Source: Pseudogymnoascus verrucosus (lineage: Eukaryota). From it: a stretch of 64,000 nt of DNA. A program made the translations under genes and the position numbers. Of this stretch, positions 25,101 through 36,657 are shown one piece after another (positions within the stretch are counted from its first letter, which is position 1; every line of letters begins with the position of its first letter). Below the pieces are notes generated by a model. The model did not search any database and was not told the origin of the DNA. It saw nothing but the letters and a program-made list of their open reading frames with translations. The stretch is taken from NCBI GenBank assembly GCA_001662655.1, contig KV460230.1. One strand, 5' to 3'.

Positions 25101-27599
25101 ATTGATTGTACCGATGTAAATTCCCACGGCTCTGGGACACCTGTCCATAATGCCTGCGTGGCTTCGGCAGGTGAGTTGCACAACATTTTCTAGCAGGATC
25201 AACCAGCCACTATGGTGGAGGTGATCTTCTGCTGTCAGCGTTGCTCTGGTACACGGCAAATCACTGCAGGTCTCCTGTGTGATGTGTGTTAACTCGGTCC
25301 TAACAGCTTCATACACAAAATTAGAAATGCAGAGGCATCCTATATTCTGCACGATGGTTGCCTGGATGGCCCGCTGTCAGTGATTTAAGGTAAATGCACA
25401 GTTCACTTCGTGCACCTCTCATTACTGTCTGTGTTTCTCATACCTGTCCGTGTCTCTCATACCCGCCTGTGCATCGTCATACTGTCCTTATTCGGGGATT
25501 ATGGGCACAACATGCTGCTCCAGTATAGACCAAGGCATGACGCGTATCTTGATGCAATTTCCATCGCTCAAGACATCTTTCGGTATACCTGCTTTGGCAT
25601 ACGAATAGATGCATGTGTCTCTCAGTGGCGACGCCCCGCGCGTCGAAGGTTCAGTCCAGCCTGACGCGCGGCTGGACGTTGTTTCGAAATCTCGAACAAC
25701 TCTTGTTCCTTGCCTCTCAACAACAGGGTTTCTGACGGGATAGGAGGGATTGGGAGAATGGCTAAAATGATTGGTGGGAGATGAATATCGGAGCAGCTGT
25801 GTTTATTTGAGAGACGTTTGCAGACGTGTTTGTACGCCCCTATCTACTCCTTTTTCGTTTCTAGTTTTCGTCAGGGGCCCGAGCATGGACAAGTCACTGC
25901 CAAATGCATCAACCGTCCCACAGCAGGACTATATGTGACGGCACTTTCCTTGCTCCTCGAAAGGCAGGTGCAGCCGCCAGAGCCGTGGAAATCATCTTAC
26001 TCGCCCTGAAGCTCCATCTAAGGACACTCCTATGGTCTTCTACAAATCGCCAGCCAGGATGATGGCGAAATCTTCCAACCCTAGCATGAGCGCACAAGAT
26101 AGCGTTTATGGAATCGAGATTATGGCGAACCCTCGGCGAGAAACCAAGCTCAGTTATCGCCCCCGTGTATCCTACAGCCACGAGCAATGGGGGTGACGGA
26201 CAGATGAAGGTTTACTAGACAGAGTACAACGATATAGTTGCATTGTTAGATACGCCGTGTCCAACGGGCGCACTGGCCTCCAGTTCGCAGTTGAACGAGA
26301 CCTGGGCCTCAGTCATCGTTGCTTGTGTCCCCTGGGTGATGATCAAATCCCGAAATGGTTCACGTCAGCTCCACCTTAGGATGCCTTTCCAACCGCTCAT
26401 GATAACCTGCCTTCTTTGGATGCCAGTGGCGCTAGTAATCCAACAATTACCAAAGCACGCTCTATAAGCAGAAAGTTGATTCTAGGCTGCGACCGAAATG
26501 GCTCGCATGACACCCTACCCATCCTTCTACCCGCCACCCTTCCACTCCGAAACAGCATCAAATTGCATCCACTCAGGGTAGTCCCTCAGCCCTCCTTGGT
26601 TGTGGACATCGGGTATGTTCTTGGACAAGGCTCCCACTCAGCGCGTAAGGGTGAGCCCCTCCAATGCGTCTCGAACACATCACAGGTCGATTCTCGTCTC
26701 GGCATCATTTTACACACGTCATGATTCTCTTTCCTATTTGATGAGGTCTCGATCACCAATCCAACATGATGCCCGGCATTGCGAACCAGCTAGTCATGCA
26801 CTCCCTGTCTCAACTGCCGGATCTGACACCTACCCGCGGTTGTGTTACTCTCGCTCTTTCCCTGCCTTGCGTGAGTGATTTGTCAATCTTCGAGTGCTCC
26901 TTCCCGTCCTATTTGTCAACGCTCGAAACCCCGTGTGCTGCTGCTGCAAACGGATGTTGTCATGTGAGGCTAAGGATTGAAAATCAAGAGGACCCATGGA
27001 ACCCAAAGATCTGGTAAGCCCGGGTCAGTCCGAGTATTGACCGTTGCGCTGACGACGGAAACTCCCTCTGTGTTATTCGGGGAAGCTCCAGCTTAGGGCG
27101 CTTCTTCGGGCAAATTGGGCTACTGATGGGGATTTTTGGTTACGGATCCATCACTGTAAGGGAGTTCTGGACTCGATCGATGGGCGTTGCGTCGCGGATG
27201 TGTTGTTGGGGCGACCCAGGCTTCGAAGATTCGTCGGGGATCAGTTGTCGCCGAGATTTAGTTTTTGAAATAGAAGCTTCGTTTTTTCAGGTCGGTCTGA
27301 CTCATTCATCTGCTCGAGAAATATGTTTCTTTATGTATATCCAAGTTGCTGTACCTTTGTGGCTTCTTCCGTTACGATTCCCGGATGATTATCACTCGGC
27401 GTAATATTCGGGCACAATCAACGACGCTCTGCTGGGAATATTTGCTACCCCTTTTATGTTCCTGGCTTACTTGAACCTCGCTGCCAAATAGTTAGGAACC
27501 ATGAGCATGACCTGGTCTTTGCTTTACTCCTGGTATTGTGCCTTTCGTGGCGATAATTGGTGCTGTGTGATAATTCATGGGCAAAAGATCTATATACCC

Positions 27600-27950
27600 G
27601 GCACGACCCTAGACAGATTCGTTTGTCCTGCAAAAATATATATATACACCTTATTACCATGATACCCGTAGTCCTTAAAACCTCAGAAATAGTCTTTCTA
27701 CCTTCACTGTCGCTATTCCCATCGCTATCAGTCCCCCCAAACCTCATTACCATCGTCCTCGCCCTCGCCCTTACCATCATCCTTACTATCACGTATGTAG
27801 TTATGTAGACCATTTAGATAGTTAAGTAGTCTAATTTACTCGTGTATTCTATATTACCTTACAAGGCCTTAATACACGAAAGGGCTCGTTATTACCTTAT
27901 ATTATATATCTAAAAGTCGTCGTGAGCGAGTATTCTAAGGCCTCATAAAC
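27600..27950 (-). pseudogene. Degenerate TpA-rich relic of an acidic low-complexity coding sequence (probable RIP remnant)
   Basis: The minus strand reads DSKDDGKGEGEDDGNEV and then, after a frame change in a G6 run, GTDSDGNSDSEG. Most deviations from a D/E/G repeat are TpG->TpA changes. Flanks are AT- and TpA-rich. Confidence 0.4.
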
Positions 27951-28470
27951 ACGTCAATGGGGAGGTACGTACCTACTTACCGACCAAGCCCGGAGAAGCG
28001 CATTGTTTCCAATAATAATCTTCCATTTCTCGCACACATGCTTCGCTTCCGCCAACCTTAACCGAAGCGAAATGTTGGTCACGACGATTACTGGTTGGCA
28101 CTATCTCGTTGGTGTTGGAGTACTCATGGTGTTGGGGACGAATGGAGAATACGGCCGCGTTTCACAACCAAAAACGTGGTGATAATGCTCGGTATCCCGA
28201 AGAATCCCACAGTGCGAACGGTGCCGACGAATATCACAAGTAAAAACAGTATACAGAATATATAAAACCGATTGAATTATCTACCTATCTTGATGGGCTA
28301 CATGGCTATACACTGGATTTCTAGGGCCTGGCCAGAACCCTGAGTTTCCTGGTCGCTGCTGTTGGTTATCAAACCAGTGAGCCAATGGGATAGGCCTGAG
28401 CGCCCAAAACAGACTTATTAGTTGGTAAATCCCGCATCATCCCCGGAATCTCCAACAATATTGACTAGAT

Positions 28471-28519
28471 GTAAGATTAGAATGCACTCGAAAATGCCCG
28501 GTAAGATTAAAATGCACTC
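28471..28519 (+). repeat. 19-bp direct repeat (1 mismatch, 30-bp period) upstream of the halogenase
   Basis: gtaagattagaatgcactc (28471-28489) and gtaagattaaaatgcactc (28501-28519). Confidence 0.85.
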
Positions 28520-28675
28520 CAACTTATCCCCTTGACCCTCCTACAAATAGATGTCTTTGCCACTGCATAGCCGTTCACCTCATTACACCCGAACAAAGGT
28601 GCACGCTGAGCCTCAATTGCACTTAATTGACTTCACCCTATTTATACGGAATTATTCCATAAAACACGGCTCAAT

Positions 28676-30577
28676 ATGGTGTACGCTCCGATTCGTCGTT
28701 TCGCTAATCTCCGTCATGACTGTCCTGATATTTCTGATTCTATGCTACTGAACTCCAATAATCAAACCGAATTTACAGGAGTTGCTGATGTTGTTGTTGC
28801 TGGTGCTGGGATCATTGGGCTCTGCTACGCAATTCACCTTAAAAACATTTCCCCCCACTTGGAGATAAATGTTTTTGAAAAGAGCTCCTCACCTACGCAG
28901 AAGATCGGAGAGTCGACACTCTCTTCTTTCTCGAGATTTGTCAGTGGAGATATTATTCCTCATGACTACTTTCTTCGTCTGTTTGGCTTGAAAGATGGAT
29001 TGCAGTTTTATTGTGTCGATGAACGTGGTTTATCGGTTACATCAGAGGATATTGGAGGACTTGACCTGTCGTTTCAGCTTGATCGACGAATGTCTGAGTT
29101 GTTTTTGACCATGTGGGCTCAGAAGATAGGAATCAACGTATATCATGGTGTTGGTACTGATTTCAAAGTAATGCCTGAGGATGCATTTGCCATATCTGCC
29201 AATGGTGATAAAGACGGCGTTGCTGCCCCCAACCAAGAGATTGGAACAGCAATGAATCATTTCACGGCCCCGCAGGTCTTGCTAGACGACGCTTCGCAAT
29301 CTCTTGCGACTTCTGTGAAAGCCAAATTAGTTTGCGATGCAACCGGATTTTCGAGGAGATTGACCTCCAAGTTTGGAAATCGAGAGACGTTTAAGGGGGG
29401 GTGGAACTGTGATGCATATTGGGCATATTTCCAAGAGACGGACGTTAAGACAGAGGATCGCCTTGACCATTGGAACTATCCAGCAACCAAGCATATTTGC
29501 TTTCCAGAGGGCTGGGGATGGTTCATCAAGCTCATCTCTTGGGAGAAATCGCCACTGAGTAATCTTATGGATCTGATTTCCTATGTGATCGACAACGCCA
29601 AGCGTAATGTTTCTGCGCGCGACATCCCTTCGACGACGGTTCTATCCGAAATGTTTGATTGTCCTTTCGAGTTTATAACTTCTATTGGGTGGGCGGTTAG
29701 GAACGATCACAAATTCCCCGATAATCTTGAAGAATATGGGGCTACTGAATCCGAGAGAAAATTCACCTACTTCAAGAGGAAATACCCAACGTTGGAGCGC
29801 CTTATGGATAACAGCTACGCTATTCTCCCTAATTACTACGGGAAGAAGACTTACTTTGTAAGAAAGTCCATGGCTTTCCAGAGCCCAGTAGTAGCCGGGG
29901 ACGGGTGGCTTGCTATTGGAAATTCTGCAGGTTTCACAAATCCCCTGATCTCACCTGGGATCAATGCTGGAATTGGTGGCGCATTCTATGCGGCTATGCT
30001 CACCCAAGAAATATTTGCTGCGCCAGAGGAGAGCTCGCGGGCGGTAATGAAGAAAAGTGCCAACGCATTCCAGGCTTATCATCACGATTTCATGATGCCT
30101 CGGCTCAATCAGATGAATAGGTTCTGGTACAGCATGTTTCGAGACCACAGACTATTTGAGGCCATGATTCCATCTTTCTGGGCGGTTGGAGTCCAAGAGA
30201 TTGACCACCTTTACGGAGCTAGTTTTGTAGCTGAGGACGTCAACTGGGTTGTTGGTGCTGGAACCGCCGACTTTCAAACATACTCCAAAGCGGTTTTAGA
30301 TGTCTTGGAGCCGACTTTTGATGGTGTTGCTCCAACTGAGGACGCTGTGGAAAAAGTTCAGGCTCTCAGTAAGCAATTGAGACGTCGTTTGCATGACAGG
30401 TATCCAGGGAATAAGTGGGGATGTTATCTTCGGAAATACGATGATAGTCTTCGTATCGTACCAGGAAAGCATGAGAGGGACATAGGCGGTAAGTACACAT
30501 GTATACAATGCGTTGGATGCAAATATTGGATGCATAATTTCAGCGATTTCTGCCTCATCTGTGGGACTCCCAAGTAG
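28676..30577 (+). CDS. Flavin-dependent halogenase, MalA-like, with C-terminal Cys-rich putative Zn site; intronless, 633 aa
   Basis: FAD motif DVVVAGAGIIG; KIGEST; LRLFGLKDGL (candidate catalytic Lys106); DATG; halogenase signature GWGWFIKL (WxWxI); GNSAGFTNPLISPG (FxxPxxSxG); C-terminal CIQCVGC-x10-CLIC. Confidence 0.9.
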   Translation: MVYAPIRRFANLRHDCPDISDSMLLNSNNQTEFTGVADVVVAGAGIIGLCYAIHLKNISPHLEINVFEKSSSPTQKIGESTLSSFSRFVSGDIIPHDYFLRLFGLKDGLQFYCVDERGLSVTSEDIGGLDLSFQLDRRMSELFLTMWAQKIGINVYHGVGTDFKVMPEDAFAISANGDKDGVAAPNQEIGTAMNHFTAPQVLLDDASQSLATSVKAKLVCDATGFSRRLTSKFGNRETFKGGWNCDAYWAYFQETDVKTEDRLDHWNYPATKHICFPEGWGWFIKLISWEKSPLSNLMDLISYVIDNAKRNVSARDIPSTTVLSEMFDCPFEFITSIGWAVRNDHKFPDNLEEYGATESERKFTYFKRKYPTLERLMDNSYAILPNYYGKKTYFVRKSMAFQSPVVAGDGWLAIGNSAGFTNPLISPGINAGIGGAFYAAMLTQEIFAAPEESSRAVMKKSANAFQAYHHDFMMPRLNQMNRFWYSMFRDHRLFEAMIPSFWAVGVQEIDHLYGASFVAEDVNWVVGAGTADFQTYSKAVLDVLEPTFDGVAPTEDAVEKVQALSKQLRRRLHDRYPGNKWGCYLRKYDDSLRIVPGKHERDIGGKYTCIQCVGCKYWMHNFSDFCLICGTPK

Positions 30578-30984
30578 AATTAAATAGACAGTATTGCTTG
30601 CCGGTAGATTAGTTGTGTTGTGTTTGCCTAAATAAATATTGGAAATAACCCAGAAAATATTAATTCCGTCCAGCCAACTTAACTGAAAATAGCAACTTAT
30701 GGTTGTCCTCTATAACGAATCTGTCGTAAATATATACTCATCAAAAGCCACTCCAAGACCATATGCACAGCATTAATGCTACCCCACTGCCGTGAAATGC
30801 CTTATAATCATCAAGCCCGCTTGTCTCCACAATTCGAGACTCTATCACGATATCATAGAACAGGCAAGGCTATGACGCAGCCTTGCTTACAACCCCCACC
30901 ATCCACCTCGAAGACTGAGTCACTGGCACCTCAATACTTATACTCGAGGATATAGAAACGGAGCATCCATTATCTTGACACCAA

Positions 30985-32406
30985 ATGACCAAAAAACGGC
31001 ACCAAAGCTTGTACTCGAAACCCGCCAGCACAGCTCCTCACTCCTTCTCAACATCCACTGGCGCAACTGGTATTACCCCCACAACCCTTCATGAACCCCC
31101 CATAGACCTCTCACAGCACAGCTTGACCTAACTGCCGATAGCAAGCGATGCACCATCATCTGTCAACGACCTCCTGAAGACGCTGCGGCGATCCTACATC
31201 TCCCCCGAAACCAGCCATGAAACAACCGTCCAAACACCCACACTGCCACCCTCCCTTCGAAACCTCCTCGACCTCCCCAACACCCCAACGCCGAGGCCTC
31301 GTCGGCCGCAGCGCCTAGATGCAAATGGTCGCAGACTACCTGCTGGTCCTGCAGCCCCGCAGAGCTGGCTCGATTCGTCACGACACGCCCCCGAACCCGA
31401 GACAGAGAGCCATGTCATCCAAAGCAGCTGCCGGCCGGCACTGCACCACCTCCCTGGCATAACACGAAAGCCGCGACCAGGGTCGTTGGTAGACTGCAGC
31501 TTGCGGCGCATGGCGGAAGACTGGGACTTCCAGAACGAGTACAACCAATACCATCTAGCGACCCTACCGACGCGACTGCGCACCTTGCTGCTCTCTTATA
31601 TCGCCCACTACGGACCCGTAGACGGGGTGGGATATCTTGGGCTGGAGCGGCTTTTGCAGCTCCCCGAAGACGACGATAGTGGGCAAGAGGTCAACAATGA
31701 GGACTTCACCAGGCTGGATCTGGCATCCGCCGTTGGAAGCTCTGTCAGCCTTAAACATGTTATGCGCCTCATACATCCACCGATCAACGACTCCACTTCT
31801 GCGGCAGTGAGCTGGGATGCTCCATCACTACCTCAAAGCATGCGCGCCTCGCCACTCATAGGACTCACGCACGTCTCACTCGCCAACCCCGGCCTCGCCG
31901 CGTCATGGGTTGCCCTACTGGCGTTTGCAGCCGCAACACCGACGCTCACACACGTATCCCTTGCGTCCTGGCCAGCGCCAAACCTGACTCCGAATGCAAC
32001 GGCGGTTAACGCGAAGATGACAGCGAGGGGCTCACCGGTGGTGAATCTCGCGGCCGAGGACAGGTATGCGCATTCTATCGACCTGGACTACTCAGCTGCT
32101 GCGGCGATATTGCGGAGGCTGGCGAGGAGGTGGTATAGCCTTGAGTATCTGGATGTGGATGGATGCGCGGAGTGGTGGAAGGCTTTGTATTGGGGCACGG
32201 AAGAGGAGGGTATTGACTGGGCTGGTGACTGGGTGAGAGTGAGGTGCATCAGTATGAGGAATGTGGAGGGGAGTCGGAGGGTTCGTACGAGTAGCCCGTT
32301 CGGCAAGTCAGCGGCGGCAAAGACGTTTGTTAGAGAGTTTGAAGCGTATGTGAGGAAGCATAGGGGCTGGATCGATATTATTAAAGATGAGGATAATGTG
32401 GTATGA
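30985..32406 (+). CDS. Conserved fungal hypothetical protein with LRR-like repeats
   Basis: Plausible start MTKKRHQSLYSKPASTAP at 30985, a probable intron, then a long frame with PRRPRRPQR...LPAGPAAPQSW, LTHVSLA (twice), LEYLDVDGCAEW and GIDWAGDW. Exon boundaries not resolved. Confidence 0.65.
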
Positions 32407-32740
32407 GGTTGTTAGTATGGGTATGGTTACAGCCGTAGGCTGTACCCGGAGTGTGGCATGGAACTCTACGTTCATTTTGTCGGAACAGTCGATAATAATA
32501 GCATCAGCGGGGTGTTTGGGATAAGGGGCGATGATAAAATAGGGCTTTGACTTGTGTAGAATATGCATATAGTATAGTTTGAGCGGCATCACTCATATTC
32601 TCCCAAAATAACTCCTGCTATCGATACACAAATATCCTCATTACTCGTTATAATATACCCCATCCCAAGCCTTCGAATGCACCTTCCCACCAATCCAACG
32701 CCCAAGAGCATGCCAACTTTCCAGGCTCTAGCCTTCACAC

Positions 32741-35700
32741 CTACTTGAAATCCGCCGCAGTCAATGCCTGCACCACACTCGTTCCCTCGCTGAAGCGCGT
32801 CCTGAAAATACGGTTCGCGTTTTGAAACATGCCGTCCTTGAGACTGACAACAATGAATTGCGAGCCCTTGAACCTAGTCTTAATCAGACGCCCGATGTTT
32901 TGCGTGTGCGACAGATCCAATGCGGCGTCAACCTCGTCCAGAATGTACATCGGCGCAGGTTTGAACTGAAGTAGAGCCATAATGAGTGAGAGTGCGATGA
33001 GAGACCTATTCTTGAATTAGTGACTGTGTGGCGGATAGAGTAGAACATGTGAGGGATAACATACCGCTGACCACCAGATAACTCTGTTAGGCTCTGCTTC
33101 CATACTTTCCCAAGGCTGACCTTCACCTCCAGCCCCTCGTTAATAGTCTTCCCCTCGGGCGGGTCCAGCTTCGCAAAACTACCAGGTAGTAACTCTGCAA
33201 AGATCGCACCGAAGTCTCCATTAACCTTCTCCCATGTCTCCTGTAGCGCCTTCTTCTTGTACTCATCCAGACTGATGATAGTCTCCTCAATCTTCTTCTT
33301 GTCTCGGATGACAGTCTTCATCATGTTCTTGAGGGCCACTTCTTTCTTCTCGACGGAATCAATCATATTCATCACCTTGGGGTTGATTTTCTTCTTCATT
33401 CCCTGGAAGCGCTCGGTCAGGTTCCGCAGACTGGCTTTACATTCGGCAATATTCTGCCCTTGGAAATCATACGGCGTGCCGCTGCGTCCGAAGTTTGTCT
33501 TTTCATCCGAGATCCAGTCATACTCCTTCTCCATGTTTGAGATAATTTGGACTGCTGCTTGCTGCTCCTTGTTGAATTTCTCAATTTGATGGCCGAGTTT
33601 CTGCATCTCGAGGCCCTCTTCGGTAATCCTTGACGCCTTGGACCGAGAAGCGTCTTCGAGAGAGCGCAGCTCATCATCGAAGCCGGACAATTTCGCTCGT
33701 TCATCATTAAGCTGAGCCTCCGCGGCATCGTGATCGCGTTGTGCTTGGCGGCCTTCCTTCATAAGTGCGTTGATTTCCTCGTCTTGGGTCTTCAATGCCA
33801 GCTCGGATTCTTGAAGTTGCTCCTGTGCGGCAGAGAGTTCTCCACCGATCTGCTCGGAGTCTAACCTCGCCCCCTGGAGTTCTTTCTGCAAAACCTTGAC
33901 TGCTGCCGAATCTTTAGTCAACGCTTTCCTTAACGAATCGAGGCTCTTCTGAAGTTCCACAAGCTTCCCATCCTTGTTATTGTCAAAATCCTTCATATCC
34001 TTTTCGATGCGCTTGACGTCCTTCGTAGCCGTTTCTTGGCGTGCCTTTGCTTCTGATAAGTCGGATTTGAGTTGGACAATAGTTTCCCTCATGTTCTGTA
34101 CTTCTTGAATAATGGAGGAGGAAGAATTGCCACCAATTTGTTCCTCGGTGAGCTTAATTTCGTGGCTCTTCAAATCTAGCTCTTGTCTGATCTTCTTCGC
34201 CTGGTCGAGCTTCTTCTGCTCGCGCGCCATTATAGATTGAAGCTCAGCAAGTCTTTGCTCTGCCATCTTCAGATCCCTGGTCAACTCATTGAGCCTCTGC
34301 AGGGTCAGAAGAACGCCACTGGAGTTCGGAGCGCTTCCACCGGATAGTGTTCCGGAGGGGTCGTAGGAATCTCCTTGGACAGTGATACTCCTCATTCGTA
34401 CAGATGGGTCGAAGGTAACACGCTTGGCTGTCTCGGCATCTGCACAGATCAAAGTATTTCCGAAGACATACTCCATTGCCGTTGACACCTCCTCATCATA
34501 TCCGACCAATGACAGAGCGAGGTGGACCTTCTCCGGCGCAAGTTTCTTTGCTGCGCCAATTTTCTCTGCTGAGGCTTTGAACGCCGCAATCTTATTGAGG
34601 GGAATGATCGTAACACGCTTCTTGAGCTTGCCCTTTTGTAATAACTGTGTGCCCGTAACTTCGGTGTCCACGACAACATTGTATAGGCGGCCACCAGCAC
34701 AAATTTCAAGCGCAGTTCCTGCTTCAGACTTGTCCTTATCCAGAGTAAACAGTTGAGCAACTAATCCCTTTACCTTGGAGCGGTCGAAGTTGGGCGCAGG
34801 GTCTGAATAGTTGAAGTCGATATTTGCTACCTTCCGCCTCACTGTATCCGACTGCTGACGAAGAGTGCGAATTGTTTGCTGAAGCGAGGATTCCTCCTTG
34901 TACATCTCGTCTTCCTTGCCAGCTTCGAACCCAAGTTTGTTCAGATTTGACTCTAACTTTTGGGCTTGGCTCTTCAGCCCCTCGAGATCGTTGAGCAGAC
35001 CTGCGTTCTGTTCCTTTGCCTTTTTCGCTCGCGGTTCTTCTTCCTTAATCCGTTTCTCCAGGTGGGTTATCTTGAGTTTTGCCTGTTCCTGTTCAGTCGA
35101 AGCAGCACTAGCTCTATTCCTGGCGTCTTGGATTTGGCCTTGGTATCCACTCTCCTGGCCTTCTTTCGAGGCAACACCAGTCTGCAAAGTCTGCAAGAGC
35201 TCCTCCTTCGTTTCTACTTCTGTAGACTGCTTCTCTAGTGCATCCTTCGCTTCCACGAATTGGAGTTGTAATTTGTCATAAATTTTCGTCTTCTCTTGCA
35301 GCTGTTTCTCCAACTCAGATACAGTCTTTTGCACTGACAATTTCCGTTCTTTCTCTTCTCCCATGCTCGTTCGCTTCAGCTCGATCACGGTTGACAGGCG
35401 CACAATTTCGTGAGTGTGATCTTTGACTTCTTTTTCGAGTGCTTGTGCCTTTCCACCTTTGCGCAGTTCCTTGTCGCGCTGGCCCTTTACTCTTTTGATG
35501 TCTTCCTCAAGATTTGTGATTTCGGTCTTCATCCTCTCTGCCCCCTTTTCCAGATCTGTCATACGTTGCTTCTTTGCTTCGAGGTCAGATGCGGATAGCT
35601 TCAGTTTCTCCTGGTTCTTGATGTAATCGTGGGCAACAACAACCCTGGTCAGCCTCTCCAAGTCGTTTTGAGTTTGCTGGAAGTCCAAGAATGCCCGCTT

Positions 35701-36505
35701 CTCTGTCCGAAGTTTCTCTAGCTTCGGTTCGATTTCATCCTTGAGCAATTCCGTAATTTCCTGGACTTTCATCTCCTTCTTCGCCATAGTTTTGAAGGCT
35801 TTGTCCCTCCTATCCTCAAACATTCTTGTCCCAGCCGCTTCCTCGATCATAGCTAGAATCTCCACTGCCTTCATGTTCAGGACCTTCGTGATTCGGCCTT
35901 GCATAATGAGGAAGTTGGGGTTATTGATGTTGAGCTGGACTGATTGGAAAAGGTTCTGCACCGTCTGCTGCTGCGCTCGATGGCCATTGATGAGGTATTT
36001 GCTGGTTCCTCCGAGGACAATCTGGCGGGTAACAGAGATCTGCGCATATTCTTCAAAGCCGATGGGCGACTTCTTTTTGTCCTTATTGTCAAATACTATC
36101 GTCACACTTGCCTTGGTGACACCTGCTTGTCCTCGCTTGTATATAAGATCCTACAGTTCGTAAGTTTCCAGTTCCGACTGCTATGCTGTGTCCCACTGGG
36201 TGCCTACCTGTAAATTTTGGGCTCGGACTGTTGTCATGTTGGTGATACCCAGGACAAAACATATTGAATCGAGGATATTCGACTTTCCACTTCCATTTAG
36301 ACCAGTGATGGAGTTGAAGCTCTCGTCCCTATAGGCTATCAGTATATTTGTTGAGGAAATAGTGTCGGTTGCCATTGTTTACCATCCCGAAATGACTGTG
36401 CGTACAGCGTACGACTTGAAGCCCTGTAATGAGGTGTAAGCATGCGCATTAAAAAATCAGCAACGCAAAATAACATACATCTATGATAACTTCTACGACC
36501 CTCAT
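32741..36505 (-). CDS. SMC2: Condensin SMC subunit SMC2 (Cut14)
   Basis: [14 protein letters not shown]; Walker [13 protein letters not shown]; coiled coils; hinge [18 protein letters not shown]; signature LSGGQR; Walker [22 protein letters not shown]. Four introns. Confidence 0.98.
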
Positions 36506-36633
36506 TCTGGCGACTTCGTAGATGTCGTGGGCTGCCTGGTGGGAATGGCTTATCGGGTCGTTGATGGGGGGAACGCGACTTGGAGGTAAACAGACGCGAC
36601 GAATTTCTGTAAGGCTCAAATTAAGGCACCAAT

Positions 36634-36657
36634 ATTACCCCAGTATACTGGGGTAAT
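36634..36657. repeat. Perfect 24-bp palindrome in the SMC2/thioesterase divergent promoter
   Basis: attaccccagtatactggggtaat is its own reverse complement and is flanked by ttaagg...ccttaa. Confidence 0.9.

Noticed and set aside
20807..25320. MSE-like CACAAAA motifs upstream of the Ndt80 gene (e.g. 21403-21411) suggesting autoregulation
   Set aside because: A handful of CRCAAAW matches is expected by chance in 9.5 kb; no enrichment can be claimed.
25654..25677. GC-rich 8-bp stem hairpin gtccagcc-N8-ggctggac, as a possible Helitron 3' end
   Set aside because: Not followed by a CTRR terminus, and stems this short arise by chance.
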